A stretch of DNA of 64,000 nucleotides from Candidatus Multivorans sp. (GCA_965224025.1 OZ245033.1:2176001-2240000); one strand, 5' to 3'; shown: positions 48,947 through 63,012, numbered from the stretch's first letter. Numbers and translations are program-made. Notes: generated by a model from the sequence alone, not told the origin.

Positions 48947-50389
48947 CCATCCTCGGTTCGTTCAGTCTGGTTCCAAACAGCCTCTACTACGGCGACTGCC
49001 TCGAAGTCATGGGCGGTTGGCCAGCCGAGTCGGTGGATCTGATCTACCTCGATCCGCCGTTCAACTCGAAGGCGGACTACAACCAGTTGTTCGGCACCGA
49101 GAACGGCGTGCCGGCCCAAGTTCGGGCGTTCACCGACACATGGACATGGAACGACTCGGCGGCCGAGCGGTACGACCGTTTCAGCCGTGCAGTCGCGCAT
49201 CCCGCGCACAAGGCGGTAGTCGGCCTGCACATGGCGCTAGGTCCATCGGGGATGCTCGCGTACCTCACCTACATGGCCGAGCGGCTCGCGGAGTGCAAGC
49301 GCCTGCTCAAGCCGACCGGCTCCATCTACCTGCACTGTGACCACACGGCGGGCGCGTACCTGAAGATGCTCATGGACGCGATCTTCGGAGCGAACAATCG
49401 CCGAAGCGAACTCCACTGGTACTACTACAACAAGATGCACGACAGCCGGAAGAAGCTGTTTGCTGCCGCCACGGACACAATCTTCTTCTATGTCAAGGAT
49501 GTGGACTCCGGTTTTTCGTTTGAACAACTTCAAGAACGCCGCGAAAAGCCCGTCAAGCAGCTTGTACGAGCCAAAGTCAACGGCCGCATGGTCAACAAGC
49601 GAGACGAAGACGGTCGGCTGATGTACCAGACCAAGACACATAGAACCATTGACAATGTGTGGCGGATACCCTGTTTGCAACCAGCATCGAGGGAGAGATT
49701 AGGCTGTCCAACACAGAAGCCCCGTGCGCTGTTGGATCGCATCATCAAGGCGTCTTCTAGGGAAGGTGACTTGGTGCTTGACCCGTTCTGCGGTTGTGGC
49801 ACGACGATAGACGCGGCGAATCGACTGCAACGGCAGTGGGTCGGCATCGACCTTTCACCGTTCGCCACTCGCCTTGTGCGTGACCGCAGGCTCAAGGATG
49901 CGAGTATCCAGATCTTCGGTATCCCGACAGATGTTGAAGGCGCACGGCTCCTGCTACGCAACAACCCGTTCGACTTCGAGGCGTGGATCGTTACGTCGGT
50001 GGACGGGCTGGCGGCGAACGAGGTCCAGGTAGGCGACGGCGGCATCGACGGGCGCGGCAGGATGTTCACCGTGCCGGACGATGAAACAGGCTTGGTGCTC
50101 GCTCAGGTGAAGGGGGGGGTACACCGCATCGGCGCTGCGGGACTTCGAGGGCACGATGGGCCGCGAGAACGCCACGGCGGGCATCTTCGTCACCTTGAAG
50201 CGCGTCACAACGTCCAGTGCCCGCGCGGCTGCCAAGGCGATGGGCGAGTACCGCGTAGGCGCGACGCGCTACCCTCGGCTCCAGTTCTGGTCCGCAGAGG
50301 AGTATCTGAGGGGCGTCCGTCCTCACCTACCCGCGATGGCCGACCCGTACACCGGCAAAGCAGTTCAGACCGACATGTTCACCGGATAG
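48943..50389 (+). CDS. Beta-class N6A/N4C DNA methyltransferase fused to an Mrr-like PD-(D/E)xK endonuclease domain; frameshifted at a G8 tract (50112-50119)
   Basis: GDCLEVM, YLDPPF, PTQKP, DPFCGCGTT, then FEAW..GDGGIDG..AQVKGG. The C-terminus (YTASALRDFEGTMGRENATAGIFVTL...QTDMFTG) is in the +1 frame and ends at 50389. Confidence 0.85.
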
Positions 50390-50402
50390 CAGGGAGGAAG
50401 CG

Positions 50403-50585
50403 TTGCCCAAGAAGCCGAAGCGCCACACGGAACACAAGAAGGTGTACAAAGCCGAGTACGGCGGCGCTACGCCCGCGCAGGTCACGCTTGCGCTTCTACG
50501 CTACCGTCCAAACGCACCCGAAGCCGTCACGAAGCGTTTGCCACCGCAGGTTCAAGCCGACCCCGCTATCAAGTCTAGTGTATAA
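50403..50585 (+). CDS. Small basic hypothetical protein at the IS right end
   Basis: SD GGGAGG, TTG start, 60 aa (MPKKPKR..YGGATPAQVTLALLRYRP); stop lies inside IRR. Confidence 0.45.
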   Translation: MPKKPKRHTEHKKVYKAEYGGATPAQVTLALLRYRPNAPEAVTKRLPPQVQADPAIKSSV

Positions 50586-50598
50586 TCCCCAATCCGAA

Positions 50599-52228
50599 GC
50601 TGCCCGGGTGCCCGGACGTGACGTACGGGCCCGAGTGCTTCGGGAAGTGGGAAGACAAGAACGGCAACGGAGAGATCGACCAGGGAGAGTGCAACCTCTT
50701 CGCGTTCTCGGGCACTCCGGGATCGGGGAGCGTGACGACGACCCGAACGGGGGTGTCACAGAGCCAGAGCTACGTAGTCGGGCTCCGCGCCCGGTCCACG
50801 GTCACCGTCTCGCTGACCGGGATGAGCCGGGACTTCGATTGTCGCGGCAGAGCGGGCAGCAGCCTCGACGGCAGTGGAGGCACGCCTGCGCCGACTCGAA
50901 GCGTCTCGGGCTCCTGGCGGTGCTCAGACCGTCGGGGCGCCGCTGACGATTCATGGAGCGGCTCGCTCGACGCCGGAACCCACACCCTCACGGTCTCGCC
51001 ATACGGCGGCCGCACGGCAGGCGGCTACACGCTGTCGGTGGCGATCGTGGAGAGCCTGATACCGGAGCCTCCGCCGCTTTCGCTGCCGGCTGTCTCCAAC
51101 CTCCAGTCGTCGTCGGGCGGCTCCTTGGACACGGTGCTCCCCGCTGCGACGGGAGGGACGACACCGTACGTCTACAGCGTCTCGGGGCTGCCGTCGGGGA
51201 TCACGTTCGCCGCGTCGACCCGGCGGGCGAGCGGGACGCTTCCGGCCGTCACGACGGATACGGACTACACGATCACCTATACGGTCACGGACAGCACGGG
51301 CGGAGCCAGCGTGACGTTCGTTGTTGCCGTCGCTGCGCCGACGGCGCCGTCGGCGCCGGTGTTGAGCGGTTCGGTTTCGGGGCGGACGCAGACCCTGACC
51401 TGGATCGCACCTGGCGGCGGCGGGATCACGCGCTATCAGTTGCAGACCAGGGCATCGGCGGCCCACGCATGGCGCTTCTCGGGGACTGGCGCTCCTTCGC
51501 CGTCGTCGAACATCGGTGCGAGCGTGAGGTCGTGGAGCCTGCTGACGCCCTGGACGCTGGTTCGTCAGTATCAGGTGCGGGCGACGAACGGAGTTGGAGA
51601 CGGCGCGTGGTCCAACGTCGTCGAACTGACGACGCCGCCGGCTCCGCCGCCACCGCTTTCCGTGCCGGCGATCCCGAACTTCCGGCTACCGTCAGGCGGC
51701 TCGGTGAACACGGTGTTCCCGGCCGCTACGGGAGGTACGGCGCCCTACTCGTACAGCGTCTCGGGGCTGCCGCCGGGGATCACGTTCGCGGCCTCGACGC
51801 GGCGAGCGAGCGGGACGCTTCCGACCGTGACGACCGACACGGACTACGCGATCACCTACACGGCCATGGACAGCGCAAGCGGGTCGTCCTCCGTGACCTT
51901 CACCGCTACCGTCACGGCGCCGGCGAAGCCGGCCGCGATGTCGTTGACCGGGAGCGTTGTTCGACAGACGCAGAGCCTTAGCTGGAGCCCGCCCACATCG
52001 TCGATCCCGATCACGAAGTACGAGCTACAGCTCCGGAACTCGGCGAACCATGGGTGGAGGCATACGACCGCGGGTTCGCCGTCGCCGTCGTCCGCGATTG
52101 CCGCCACGGCGACCGGATGGAGCGTGACCGGTCCGGCCGGCCTTGTCCGGCACTACCGGATCAGGGCATGGAACGCCAGCGGCGCGGGAGGATGGTCGAG
52201 CATCGTCATCCTGGAGTCGGATTCCTGA
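50599..52228 (+). pseudogene. 3' part of the interrupted protease gene: EF-hand-like loop, PPC-like domain, two (putative Ig + fibronectin type III) repeats
   Basis: In frame with the 47517 frame once the IS and one target copy are removed. DKNGNGEID; duplicated PAATGGT.PY.YSVSGLP.GITF and W..P...IT.Y.LQ...Y..RA.N..G.G.WS. Confidence 0.85.
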
Positions 52229-52709
52229 TCTGCCAGGAGCGATCAGAGGGACCGGACGCAGGATCGAAACATCTGCTCCGACGCCCCATCCGCGACGACA
52301 GGCGGGCCAGGCGGTTTGCGGTAGCGGTGGAGTGTCCTTCGCGATGCCCGAGGAGCTCCGAGCCCGCTCCGAGGCTCCTGTTGCCCGGACTCTCGAGTCT
52401 CTGCTAGTGTTCGCGCTCTTGTGCGGCTCGCGCGGAGCGAGCCAAGTAGACAGTTCACTACAACAGTTACGCCATCTGCGAGCCAGGCCTTGAACCGGGA
52501 AGTAACCCGGTGCTGCGTGCGGCGTCCAAAGCCGCGCGGAGTCAGCTAGGTCCGGTCGCTCCGGCTTTCGGGTTCGCCCGGTTGGCCGGTCTTTGCGCCG
52601 CTCTGACGAGCCGATCGGTTGACGATCGCTCCGTTCTGCGGCGCGAATTGCGCCAAGAGGCCGGCTTCCCGGCCGCGAGGCAGAAGGTTTCGCGCGAGCA
52701 GGAGTTTCA

Positions 52710-53084
52710 ATGCCCACCATTCGCCAACTGGTCCGCAAGGGCCGCCAGCGTCAGGTCATCAAGACCAAGAGCCCGGCGCTTCAGGGTGCGCCGCAGAGGC
52801 GCGGCGTGTGCGTGCGCGTGTATACGCAGACGCCGAAGAAGCCGAACTCGGCATTGCGCAAGGTGGCGCGGGTCCGGCTGACCAACGGCATCGAGGTCAC
52901 GACCTACATTCCCGGCGTGGGGCACAACCTCCAGGAGCACTCGATCGTGCTCATCCGCGGAGGCCGGGTGAAGGACCTGCCCGGCGTCCGTTACCACGTG
53001 ATTCGCGGCACGCTGGACGCCGTCGGTGTCGACGACCGTCGCCGGGGGCGCTCCAAGTACGGCGCCAAGCGTCCCAAGAGCTGA
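52710..53084 (+). CDS. rpsL: 30S ribosomal protein S12
   Basis: [29 protein letters not shown]. Confidence 0.99.
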   Translation: MPTIRQLVRKGRQRQVIKTKSPALQGAPQRRGVCVRVYTQTPKKPNSALRKVARVRLTNGIEVTTYIPGVGHNLQEHSIVLIRGGRVKDLPGVRYHVIRGTLDAVGVDDRRRGRSKYGAKRPKS

Positions 53085-53103
53085 AGCCGGAGGAACCTGC
53101 AAG

Positions 53104-53577
53104 ATGCCTCGACGCCGCGAAGTCCCGAAGCGCCAGATCCTGCCCGACCCGCTGTATCACTCGCAGTTGGTCAGCAAGTTCGTCAACGTCCTGATGAAGG
53201 ACGGCAAGAAGTCCGTCGCCGAACGCATCCTCTACGACGCTCTGAACACGATGAGGGAGCGCACCGGCGAGGAGGATCCGGTGGCCGTCTTCCAGAAGGC
53301 GATCGACAACGTGAAGCCGGCGGTGGAGGTCAAGTCGAGGCGCGTCGGCGGTTCGACGTACCAGGTTCCGATCGAAGTGCGGCCCGCGCGCAAGCTGGCC
53401 CTGGCCATGCGATGGCTGATTCAGGCGGCGAAGGGCCGCAGCGAAAAGACGATGAGACTGCGGTTGGCTGGCGAGTTGCTCGACGCGGCCGAGAACCGTG
53501 GAGTGGCGATCAAGAGGAAAGAGGACACCCACCGAATGGCAGAAGCGAACAGGGCTTTTTCCCACTACCGCTGGTAA
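53104..53577 (+). CDS. rpsG: 30S ribosomal protein S7
   Basis: [31 protein letters not shown]. Confidence 0.98.
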   Translation: MPRRREVPKRQILPDPLYHSQLVSKFVNVLMKDGKKSVAERILYDALNTMRERTGEEDPVAVFQKAIDNVKPAVEVKSRRVGGSTYQVPIEVRPARKLALAMRWLIQAAKGRSEKTMRLRLAGELLDAAENRGVAIKRKEDTHRMAEANRAFSHYRW

Positions 53578-53772
53578 CGGGCGATTCCGGCGCCGCCCCG
53601 GCGACGCCCACACCGTCCCCAGCCGCCGGTTGTCCACGGCCCATCCCTGCGCCGCCCGCTTTCCACGTGGAGCGGCGTTTCCCGCGCCCGTACCCCTTAC
53701 CCTGTCTGCGGATCTTCCTGCCAATCTTCAGAACGACGAACGCCTCGCAAACCCGATTTCACCTACTGCGCC

Positions 53773-55857
<2,085 letters not shown>

Positions 55858-55946
55858 GTCCCTGGCGGGCCCAGCCGGCAACCATTTCAGAAGACGTTCC
55901 AGACAAGACAATCAAGCACACAAGAGAGTTAGCAGGAGCACCGCAA

Positions 55947-57140
<1,194 letters not shown>

Positions 57141-57183
57141 GCGGTTCAAGGTCGGTATTCGAGGAAGGCTGGGATCAGGCAGA

Positions 57184-57501
57184 ATGGTGAACGAGAAGAT
57201 CCGTATCCGGCTCAAGGCCTTCGACTACCGCATCCTGGATACGTCGACGCACGAGATCGTCGACACCGCTCGGCGTAGCGGCGCGCGCGTGGTCGGGCCG
57301 ATTCCGCTGCCGACCCACATTGCCCGCTACACGGTGAATCGCTCTCCGCATGTGGACAAGAAGTCGCGGGAACAGTTCGAGATCCGCACCCACAAGCGGT
57401 TGCTGGACATCTTCGAACCGACCAGCCAGACCGTCGATGCGCTGATGAAGCTCGAGCTTCCGGCGGGCGTCGACGTCGAGATCAAGGCATTTGGGAGCTG
57501 A
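57184..57501 (+). CDS. rpsJ: 30S ribosomal protein S10
   Basis: [29 protein letters not shown]. Confidence 0.98.
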   Translation: MVNEKIRIRLKAFDYRILDTSTHEIVDTARRSGARVVGPIPLPTHIARYTVNRSPHVDKKSREQFEIRTHKRLLDIFEPTSQTVDALMKLELPAGVDVEIKAFGS

Positions 57502-57541
57502 ACCGGCAGTTGAGCCGGCTCTAGCGAGGGGGATTGGGACG

Positions 57542-58174
57542 GTGAGGGAAAGCAAGGGTCTCTTGGGGCGAAAGATCGGCATGACGCAGATCTTCGCCGA
57601 GGACGGCGCCGCGGTGCCGGTCACCGTGCTGGAGGTCGGCCCGTGCCGGGTCGTGCAACGAAAGACAGCGGACTCCGACGGCTACGAGGCGGTGCAGATC
57701 GGCCTTGTCGAGAAGCGGCCGCCGAGGCGGGTCACCGAGGCGCGCCGGGGCCACTTCAAGAAGGCCGGGGTCGACGCGATGCGCCACTTGGTCGAGGTGC
57801 GGGTCGACAGGGCGAACGAGTCGCAGCCTGGCGATGAGATCGGCGTCTCGATCTTCGAGGTCGGCGCCCGTGTCGATGTGATCGGCAACGGCAAGGGGAA
57901 GGGATTCCAGGGCGTCATGCGCCGCCACGGTTTCGGGGGCGGCCGAGCCACCCACGGCTCGATGTTCCATCGCGCTCCGGGTTCGGTCGGGCAGTCGGCG
58001 AGTCCCTCGCGTGTCTTCCCGGGAATGAGGTTCCCGGGCCGGATGGGCGGCAAACGGGTGACGACGAAGAAGCTGAAGGTGGTCAAGGTGGACGTGGAGA
58101 ACCGCCTTCTGTATCTGCGTGGCGCAGTTCCGGGCGCCCGCAACGGTCTGGTCGTGGTTCGGAGTTCGGTCTGA
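57542..58174 (+). CDS. rplC: 50S ribosomal protein L3
   Basis: [24 protein letters not shown]; start GTG 57542. Confidence 0.97.
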   Translation: MRESKGLLGRKIGMTQIFAEDGAAVPVTVLEVGPCRVVQRKTADSDGYEAVQIGLVEKRPPRRVTEARRGHFKKAGVDAMRHLVEVRVDRANESQPGDEIGVSIFEVGARVDVIGNGKGKGFQGVMRRHGFGGGRATHGSMFHRAPGSVGQSASPSRVFPGMRFPGRMGGKRVTTKKLKVVKVDVENRLLYLRGAVPGARNGLVVVRSSV

Positions 58175-58824
58175 TGCCAAAGGTCGCGATCAGGAGCCTC
58201 GACAACGAGGCGGTCGGCAGCCTCGAGCTGCCGGAAGAGGTTTTCACTTATCCGTACAACGAGCATCTGATCCTCCTGGCGGTGGTGTCGGTCCGGGCCG
58301 CGCAGCGGGCGGGTACGCACAGCGTCAAGGGCAGGCACGAAGTGCGCGGTTCCGGGGTCAAGCCGTATCGCCAGAAGGGCACCGGGCGATCCCGCGCGGG
58401 CAGCCGCCGCTCTCCGCTGCGCCGCGGCGGCGGCGTCGTGCATGGTCCGCAGCCTCGCAGCCACCGCAACAAGCTGTCGCGGAACGAGAAGCGCAACGCG
58501 CTCAAGTCGGCGCTCTCGCGCAAGCTGGCCGAGGAGCGGATCATGGTGGTGGACTCGCTCGATCTCGACAACCACAAGACGGGCGCCTTCGCCGCGCGTC
58601 TGCGGGGCTTGGGGATCGACGAGAAGACTCTGATCGTCGACGACCACGGCAACAGGAACCTGATCCTGGCGTCGCGCAACAACCCGCAACTCAAGGCTGT
58701 CGACGCCCTGGGCGTCAATGTCTACGATGTCGTCGATCGTGGCTACGTGCTGTTCAGCGAAACCGCGATCGGCCGCTTGTCCGCCATGCTGCGGAAGCAG
58801 CGGAAGAACGGGAGCGGGTCATGA
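58174..58824 (+). CDS. rplD: 50S ribosomal protein L4
   Basis: KPYRQKGTGRSRAGS, GGVVHGPQP. Confidence 0.97.
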   Translation: MPKVAIRSLDNEAVGSLELPEEVFTYPYNEHLILLAVVSVRAAQRAGTHSVKGRHEVRGSGVKPYRQKGTGRSRAGSRRSPLRRGGGVVHGPQPRSHRNKLSRNEKRNALKSALSRKLAEERIMVVDSLDLDNHKTGAFAARLRGLGIDEKTLIVDDHGNRNLILASRNNPQLKAVDALGVNVYDVVDRGYVLFSETAIGRLSAMLRKQRKNGSGS

Positions 58825-59108
58825 GAGTGCAGGAAATCCTGCGTCGGCCGCTGATCACCGAGAAGTCGACCGCACTCCGTGACGATCGGAACATCGTCGC
58901 CTTCGTCGTCGACTCCCGGGCCAACAAGATCGAGGTGCGGCGCGCGGTGGAGGCTCAGTTCCAGGGTGTCAAGGTGGCGGAGGTCCGGATCGTGAACATG
59001 CACGGCAAGGTCCGCCGCCAGGGCCGCTTCTTCGGCCGGCGTCCTGATTGGAAGAAGGCATACGTACGGCTGGCCGAGGGCCAGATCGATCTCTTCGACA
59101 ACGTGTAG
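58821..59108 (+). CDS. rplW: 50S ribosomal protein L23
   Basis: PLITEKS, ANKIEVRRAVE, WKKAYVRL. Confidence 0.97.
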   Translation: MRVQEILRRPLITEKSTALRDDRNIVAFVVDSRANKIEVRRAVEAQFQGVKVAEVRIVNMHGKVRRQGRFFGRRPDWKKAYVRLAEGQIDLFDNV

Positions 59109-59123
59109 CAAGAGCCAAAGAGA

Positions 59124-59954
59124 ATGGCGATCAAGAAACTCAAACCGACCAATCCGGCCAGCCGCTTCCAGGAGTACGCACAAAGGCTGGAGGTCACGAC
59201 GGACAAGCCGCACAAGGCCCTCGTCGAGGGCAAGAAGCGGATCAGCGGCCGCAACAACAAGGGCCGGCAGACGATCTGGTTCCGGGGCGGCGGCCACAAG
59301 CGGCGCTACCGGCGGATCGACTTCCGACGCGACAAGATCGGCGTGCCCGCGAAAGTGGCCACGATCGAGTACGACCCGAACCGGAGCGCGCTGATCTCCC
59401 TGCTGCACTACGCCGACGGCGAGAAACGCTACATCCTCCATCCCCAGGGCTTGAAGGTAGGCGCGGTGGTCCAGTCGGGCGAGGGCGCCGAGATCGATGT
59501 CGGCAACTGCCTGCCGATCCGGTTCATTCCCCTGGGTACGATGATCCACAACATCGAACTGAAGATCGGTGGCGGCGGGCAGATGGTGCGCAGCGCCGGC
59601 ACGGGCGCTCAGTTGATGGCCAAGGAGGGCGTCTACGCCCAGATTCGCCTCCCCTCGGGGGAGGTCCGCCGGGTTCATATCGACTGTTCCGCCACGATCG
59701 GCCAGGTCAGCAACTCGGAGCACTCGAACATTGCGCTTGGGAAGGCCGGTCGCAACCGTTGGCGGGGCCGCCGACCGCACAACCGGGGCGTGTCGATGAA
59801 TCCGGTCGACCATCCCATGGGCGGCGGCGAGGGCAAGGCCTCCGGCGGACGGCATCCGACCACGCCATGGGGCAAGCCGACCAAGGGCTACAAGACACGG
59901 AGAAACAAGCGCACGAGCGGCATGATCGTACGGCGGCGGGGACGCCGCAAGTAG
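59124..59954 (+). CDS. rplB: 50S ribosomal protein L2
   Basis: [29 protein letters not shown]. Confidence 0.98.
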   Translation: MAIKKLKPTNPASRFQEYAQRLEVTTDKPHKALVEGKKRISGRNNKGRQTIWFRGGGHKRRYRRIDFRRDKIGVPAKVATIEYDPNRSALISLLHYADGEKRYILHPQGLKVGAVVQSGEGAEIDVGNCLPIRFIPLGTMIHNIELKIGGGGQMVRSAGTGAQLMAKEGVYAQIRLPSGEVRRVHIDCSATIGQVSNSEHSNIALGKAGRNRWRGRRPHNRGVSMNPVDHPMGGGEGKASGGRHPTTPWGKPTKGYKTRRNKRTSGMIVRRRGRRK

Positions 59955-59984
59955 GGCCGGCGAGAGCACGAAACAGAGGTCAGC

Positions 59985-60272
59985 ATGGGACGTTCACTCA
60001 AGAAGGGTTTCTTCATCGACAGCCATCTGTACGACAAGGTGACCGCGATGAATACGAGCCACGACCGGAGGGTCATCAAGACCTGGTCGCGGCGGTCCAC
60101 GGTCATTCCGGACATGGTGGGTCACACCATCGCAGTTCACAACGGCATGAAGTTCATTCCGGTCTTCGTTAGCGAGAACATGGTCGGTCACAAGCTCGGC
60201 GAGTTCGCTCAGACGCGGACCTTCCGCGGCCATGCCGGCGGCAAGAGGGAACGCCGGGCTCGTCCCCGGTAG
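59985..60272 (+). CDS. rpsS: 30S ribosomal protein S19
   Basis: [22 protein letters not shown]. Confidence 0.98.
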   Translation: MGRSLKKGFFIDSHLYDKVTAMNTSHDRRVIKTWSRRSTVIPDMVGHTIAVHNGMKFIPVFVSENMVGHKLGEFAQTRTFRGHAGGKRERRARPR

Positions 60273-60290
60273 TTAGAGAGAGAGAGAACG

Positions 60291-60659
60291 ATGGAAGCAA
60301 TCGCCCGACTCAGGTACCTTCAGGCGTCGCCCCAGAAGGTGCGCCTGGTGGCGGACCTGATCCGCGGCCGCGATGTCGAGGAAGCCTCGACGCTGCTGCA
60401 GTTGAGCACCAAGGCGGCCGCGCGGCCGCTCTCGAAGTTGCTGCGCTCGGCGGTCGCCAACGCCGAGAACCGCGCCGAGAACCAGCAGAGGGGCGTCGAC
60501 GAGGGGCAGCTCTACGTCAAGGAGATCTTCGTGGACGGTGGTCCGACGCTGAAGCGCCTGCGCCCGCAGCCCATGGGCCGTGCGTTCCGCATCCTCAAGC
60601 GGCAGAGCCACGTCACGATCAAGCTTGATTCCCGCAGCCAGTCGGCAGAGCCAACGTAG
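60291..60659 (+). CDS. rplV: 50S ribosomal protein L22
   Basis: [27 protein letters not shown]. Confidence 0.97.
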   Translation: MEAIARLRYLQASPQKVRLVADLIRGRDVEEASTLLQLSTKAAARPLSKLLRSAVANAENRAENQQRGVDEGQLYVKEIFVDGGPTLKRLRPQPMGRAFRILKRQSHVTIKLDSRSQSAEPT

Positions 60660-60667
60660 GAGCGCTC

Positions 60668-61318
60668 ATGGGTCAGAAGACACATCCTTACGGCTTTCGT
60701 TTGGTCTACAACCAGGGCTGGCATTCGCGCTGGTACGCCGAACGGGACTACGCCAGCACCCTGCACTCGGATATCGATTTGCGGACCGGTTTGAAGAAGC
60801 GCCTGATGCACGCCGGCGTGAGCCAGATCGACATCGAGCGCGCAGCGGACAAGCTGCGCGTCACGATCTACACGTCGCGCCCCGGCATCATCATCGGCCG
60901 CAAGGGCGCGGAAGTGGACAAGCTGCGCGACGACCTGAGCCGGCAGATGGGGCGGGAAGTCCATATCAACATCCAGGAGATCCAGCGTCCAGAGCTCGAT
61001 GCCCAGCTTGTGGCCGAGGCGATCACGGGACAACTTCTCCGCCGGGTTGCCTTCCGCCGGGCCATGAAAAAGGCGATGGAATCGGCCTTCCGTTTCGGCG
61101 CCAAGGGTGTCAAGATCATGGTTTCGGGTCGGCTTGGCGGCAATGAGATCGCCCGTACCGAGTGGTACCAGGAAGGGCGGCTGCCGCTGCACACCCTGAA
61201 GGCCGACATCGACTACGGCTTCGCCGAGGCCTACACGACCTACGGCGTGATCGGAGTCAAGGTCTGGGTCTACCGGGGCGATCTTTCGCGGGAGCGCGGC
61301 CGCCGCGCGGTGGCGTAG
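60668..61318 (+). CDS. rpsC: 30S ribosomal protein S3
   Basis: [31 protein letters not shown]. Confidence 0.98.
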   Translation: MGQKTHPYGFRLVYNQGWHSRWYAERDYASTLHSDIDLRTGLKKRLMHAGVSQIDIERAADKLRVTIYTSRPGIIIGRKGAEVDKLRDDLSRQMGREVHINIQEIQRPELDAQLVAEAITGQLLRRVAFRRAMKKAMESAFRFGAKGVKIMVSGRLGGNEIARTEWYQEGRLPLHTLKADIDYGFAEAYTTYGVIGVKVWVYRGDLSRERGRRAVA

Positions 61319-61360
61319 GCACGGCTGGACGCAAGGGGAACTTCGAGGGAGTAACGAACG

Positions 61361-61780
61361 ATGTTGATGCCGAAGAAGGTCAAGTTCCGTAAGCACCACC
61401 GCGGCCGCCGCAGAGGCCTGGCCAAGGGGGGCAATGTGGTGGCGTTCGGCGAATACGGCCTGCAGGCGCAGGAGGCGGGCTGGGTCACGGCCCGTCAGAT
61501 CGAGGCCGCGCGAATCGCGATCACCCGCCACATCAAGCGAACCGGCAAGGTTTGGATTCGGATCTTCCCGGACAAGCCGATCACCAAGAAACCTCTCGAA
61601 ACCAGGATGGGCAAGGGCAAGGGCAACCCGGAGGAATGGGTTGCGGTCGTTCGTCCCGCCCGCATCCTCTACGAGCTGGAGGGCGTGTCGCCGGAGTTGG
61701 CGAAGTCGGCAATGAGGCTGGCTTCCCACAAGCTCGGTATCAAGACCCGCTTCGTCGTGCGCCACGGCGCACAGGTCTGA
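61361..61780 (+). CDS. rplP: 50S ribosomal protein L16
   Basis: [25 protein letters not shown]. Confidence 0.98.
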   Translation: MLMPKKVKFRKHHRGRRRGLAKGGNVVAFGEYGLQAQEAGWVTARQIEAARIAITRHIKRTGKVWIRIFPDKPITKKPLETRMGKGKGNPEEWVAVVRPARILYELEGVSPELAKSAMRLASHKLGIKTRFVVRHGAQV

Positions 61781-61808
61781 GGCATAGGTCCTAAGGGGTG
61801 AGAAGGCG

Positions 61809-62006
61809 ATGAAGGCAAGCGAACTCAGGGAGTTGACCGGAGACGAGCTGCGGCGGAAGGAGGAGGAACTGGCGGACCAGTTGTTCGCCCTGCGGCTGCA
61901 GAAGTCGATTGGCCAACTGGAGAAACCGAGCAGGATCAGGAAAGCCCGAGTCGAGTTGGCGCGGGTTCTTACCGTCAGGCGCGAGAGAGCGACAGGAACG
62001 ACATGA
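61809..62006 (+). CDS. rpmC: 50S ribosomal protein L29
   Basis: MKASELR, LFALRLQ, LARVLT; synteny. Confidence 0.95.
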   Translation: MKASELRELTGDELRRKEEELADQLFALRLQKSIGQLEKPSRIRKARVELARVLTVRRERATGTT

Positions 62007-62278
62007 ACGTGGATCAGCAAGAAGCGCGGGGCCGCCGCCAGGTTCGGATGGGCCAGGTGGTCAGCGCCAAGATGGACAAGACAGTCATCGTGGCGGTCGA
62101 GAAGACGGTCATGCACCGGCTCTACCACCGCCTGATGAAGAAGTCGTCGCGGTTCGTGGCGCACGACGAATCGAACGACTGCCGGGAGGGAGACGTCGTT
62201 TCCCTCGTCTCGACCCGACCAATGTCGCGCCGCAAGCGCTGGCGCGTGCAGCGAATCGTCAAGCGCGCGGAAGGGTAG
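62003..62278 (+). CDS. rpsQ: 30S ribosomal protein S17
   Basis: [25 protein letters not shown]. Confidence 0.97.
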   Translation: MNVDQQEARGRRQVRMGQVVSAKMDKTVIVAVEKTVMHRLYHRLMKKSSRFVAHDESNDCREGDVVSLVSTRPMSRRKRWRVQRIVKRAEG

Positions 62279-62286
62279 GTGCGACG

Positions 62287-62655
62287 ATGATCCAGATGGG
62301 AACGGTGCTTGATGTCGCCGACAACTCGGGGGCCAAGCGAATCGCCTGCATTCAACTGCGGGGCGGTTCCTCCGGGCAGTACGGTGTGCTGGGTGACGTG
62401 ATCACCGCCTCGGTCAAGGAGGCGGTGCCCGAGGGCACGGTCAAGAAGGGCCAGGTCGTGCGCGCGGTGATCGTGCGGACCCGCAAGGAGCGGCGCCGCC
62501 GCGACGGGAGCTACATTCGCTTCGACAACAACGCCGCGGTGCTGATCAACGAAGCGCGGGAACCGATAGGGACCCGCGTCTTCGGCCCAGTCGCCCGCGA
62601 GCTGCGCGAGCGGCGCTTCATGCGCATCGTGTCGTTGGCGCAGGAGGTGATCTGA
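62287..62655 (+). CDS. rplN: 50S ribosomal protein L14
   Basis: [25 protein letters not shown]. Confidence 0.98.
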   Translation: MIQMGTVLDVADNSGAKRIACIQLRGGSSGQYGVLGDVITASVKEAVPEGTVKKGQVVRAVIVRTRKERRRRDGSYIRFDNNAAVLINEAREPIGTRVFGPVARELRERRFMRIVSLAQEVI

Positions 62656-62656
62656 C

Positions 62657-62995
62657 ATGCCCAAGTCTGACAGGCCCAAGGTGAAGATCAAGAAGGGCGA
62701 CGAGGTGCTCGTCATCGCGGGCCGGAACCGCGGCGTGCGCAGCAAGGTGTTGCGGGTGCTTCCGGCCGAGAATCGCGCCATCGTCGAACGCGTAAACCTG
62801 GTCAAGAAGCACGAGCGGCCGAACCCGCAGCGCCAGGTTCAGGGAGGCATCCTGGAGCGGGAGGCGCCCATCCACCTCTCGAATCTCAAGGTTATCTGTC
62901 CAGACACCGACAAGCCGACGCGGGTCGGCAAGCGGCGTCTCGAGGACGGCAAGTCGACACGCTACGCCAAGGTCAGCGGCGCGGTGTTGAGCTGA
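62657..62995 (+). CDS. rplX: 50S ribosomal protein L24
   Basis: [20 protein letters not shown]. Confidence 0.97.
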   Translation: MPKSDRPKVKIKKGDEVLVIAGRNRGVRSKVLRVLPAENRAIVERVNLVKKHERPNPQRQVQGGILEREAPIHLSNLKVICPDTDKPTRVGKRRLEDGKSTRYAKVSGAVLS

Positions 62996-63012
62996 GGCTG
63001 TGACCTGAAGGA

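Larger units (their letters stand above)
47885..50590 (+). mobile_element. IS1595-family transporter insertion sequence (2706 bp) with passenger genes
   Basis: IRL GGGGATTATATATTAGGCTTGACA versus reverse-complemented IRR GGGGATTATACACTAGACTTGATA (20/24 match). 8-bp target duplication AATCCGAA at 47877-47884 and 50591-50598. Transposase inside. Confidence 0.95.

Noticed and set aside
50120-50946. C-terminal ~275 aa of the 667-aa ORF 48943..50946
   Set aside because: Out-of-frame read-through after the G8 tract; Arg/Pro-rich junk that runs across the IS end.
45935-52709. Prophage or integrative element
   Set aside because: No integrase, phage structural genes or att-like repeats seen.
53578-53772. 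Structured RNA in the long rpsG-fusA spacer
   Set aside because: GC-rich hairpins are possible, but I cannot match them to a known family without a covariance search.
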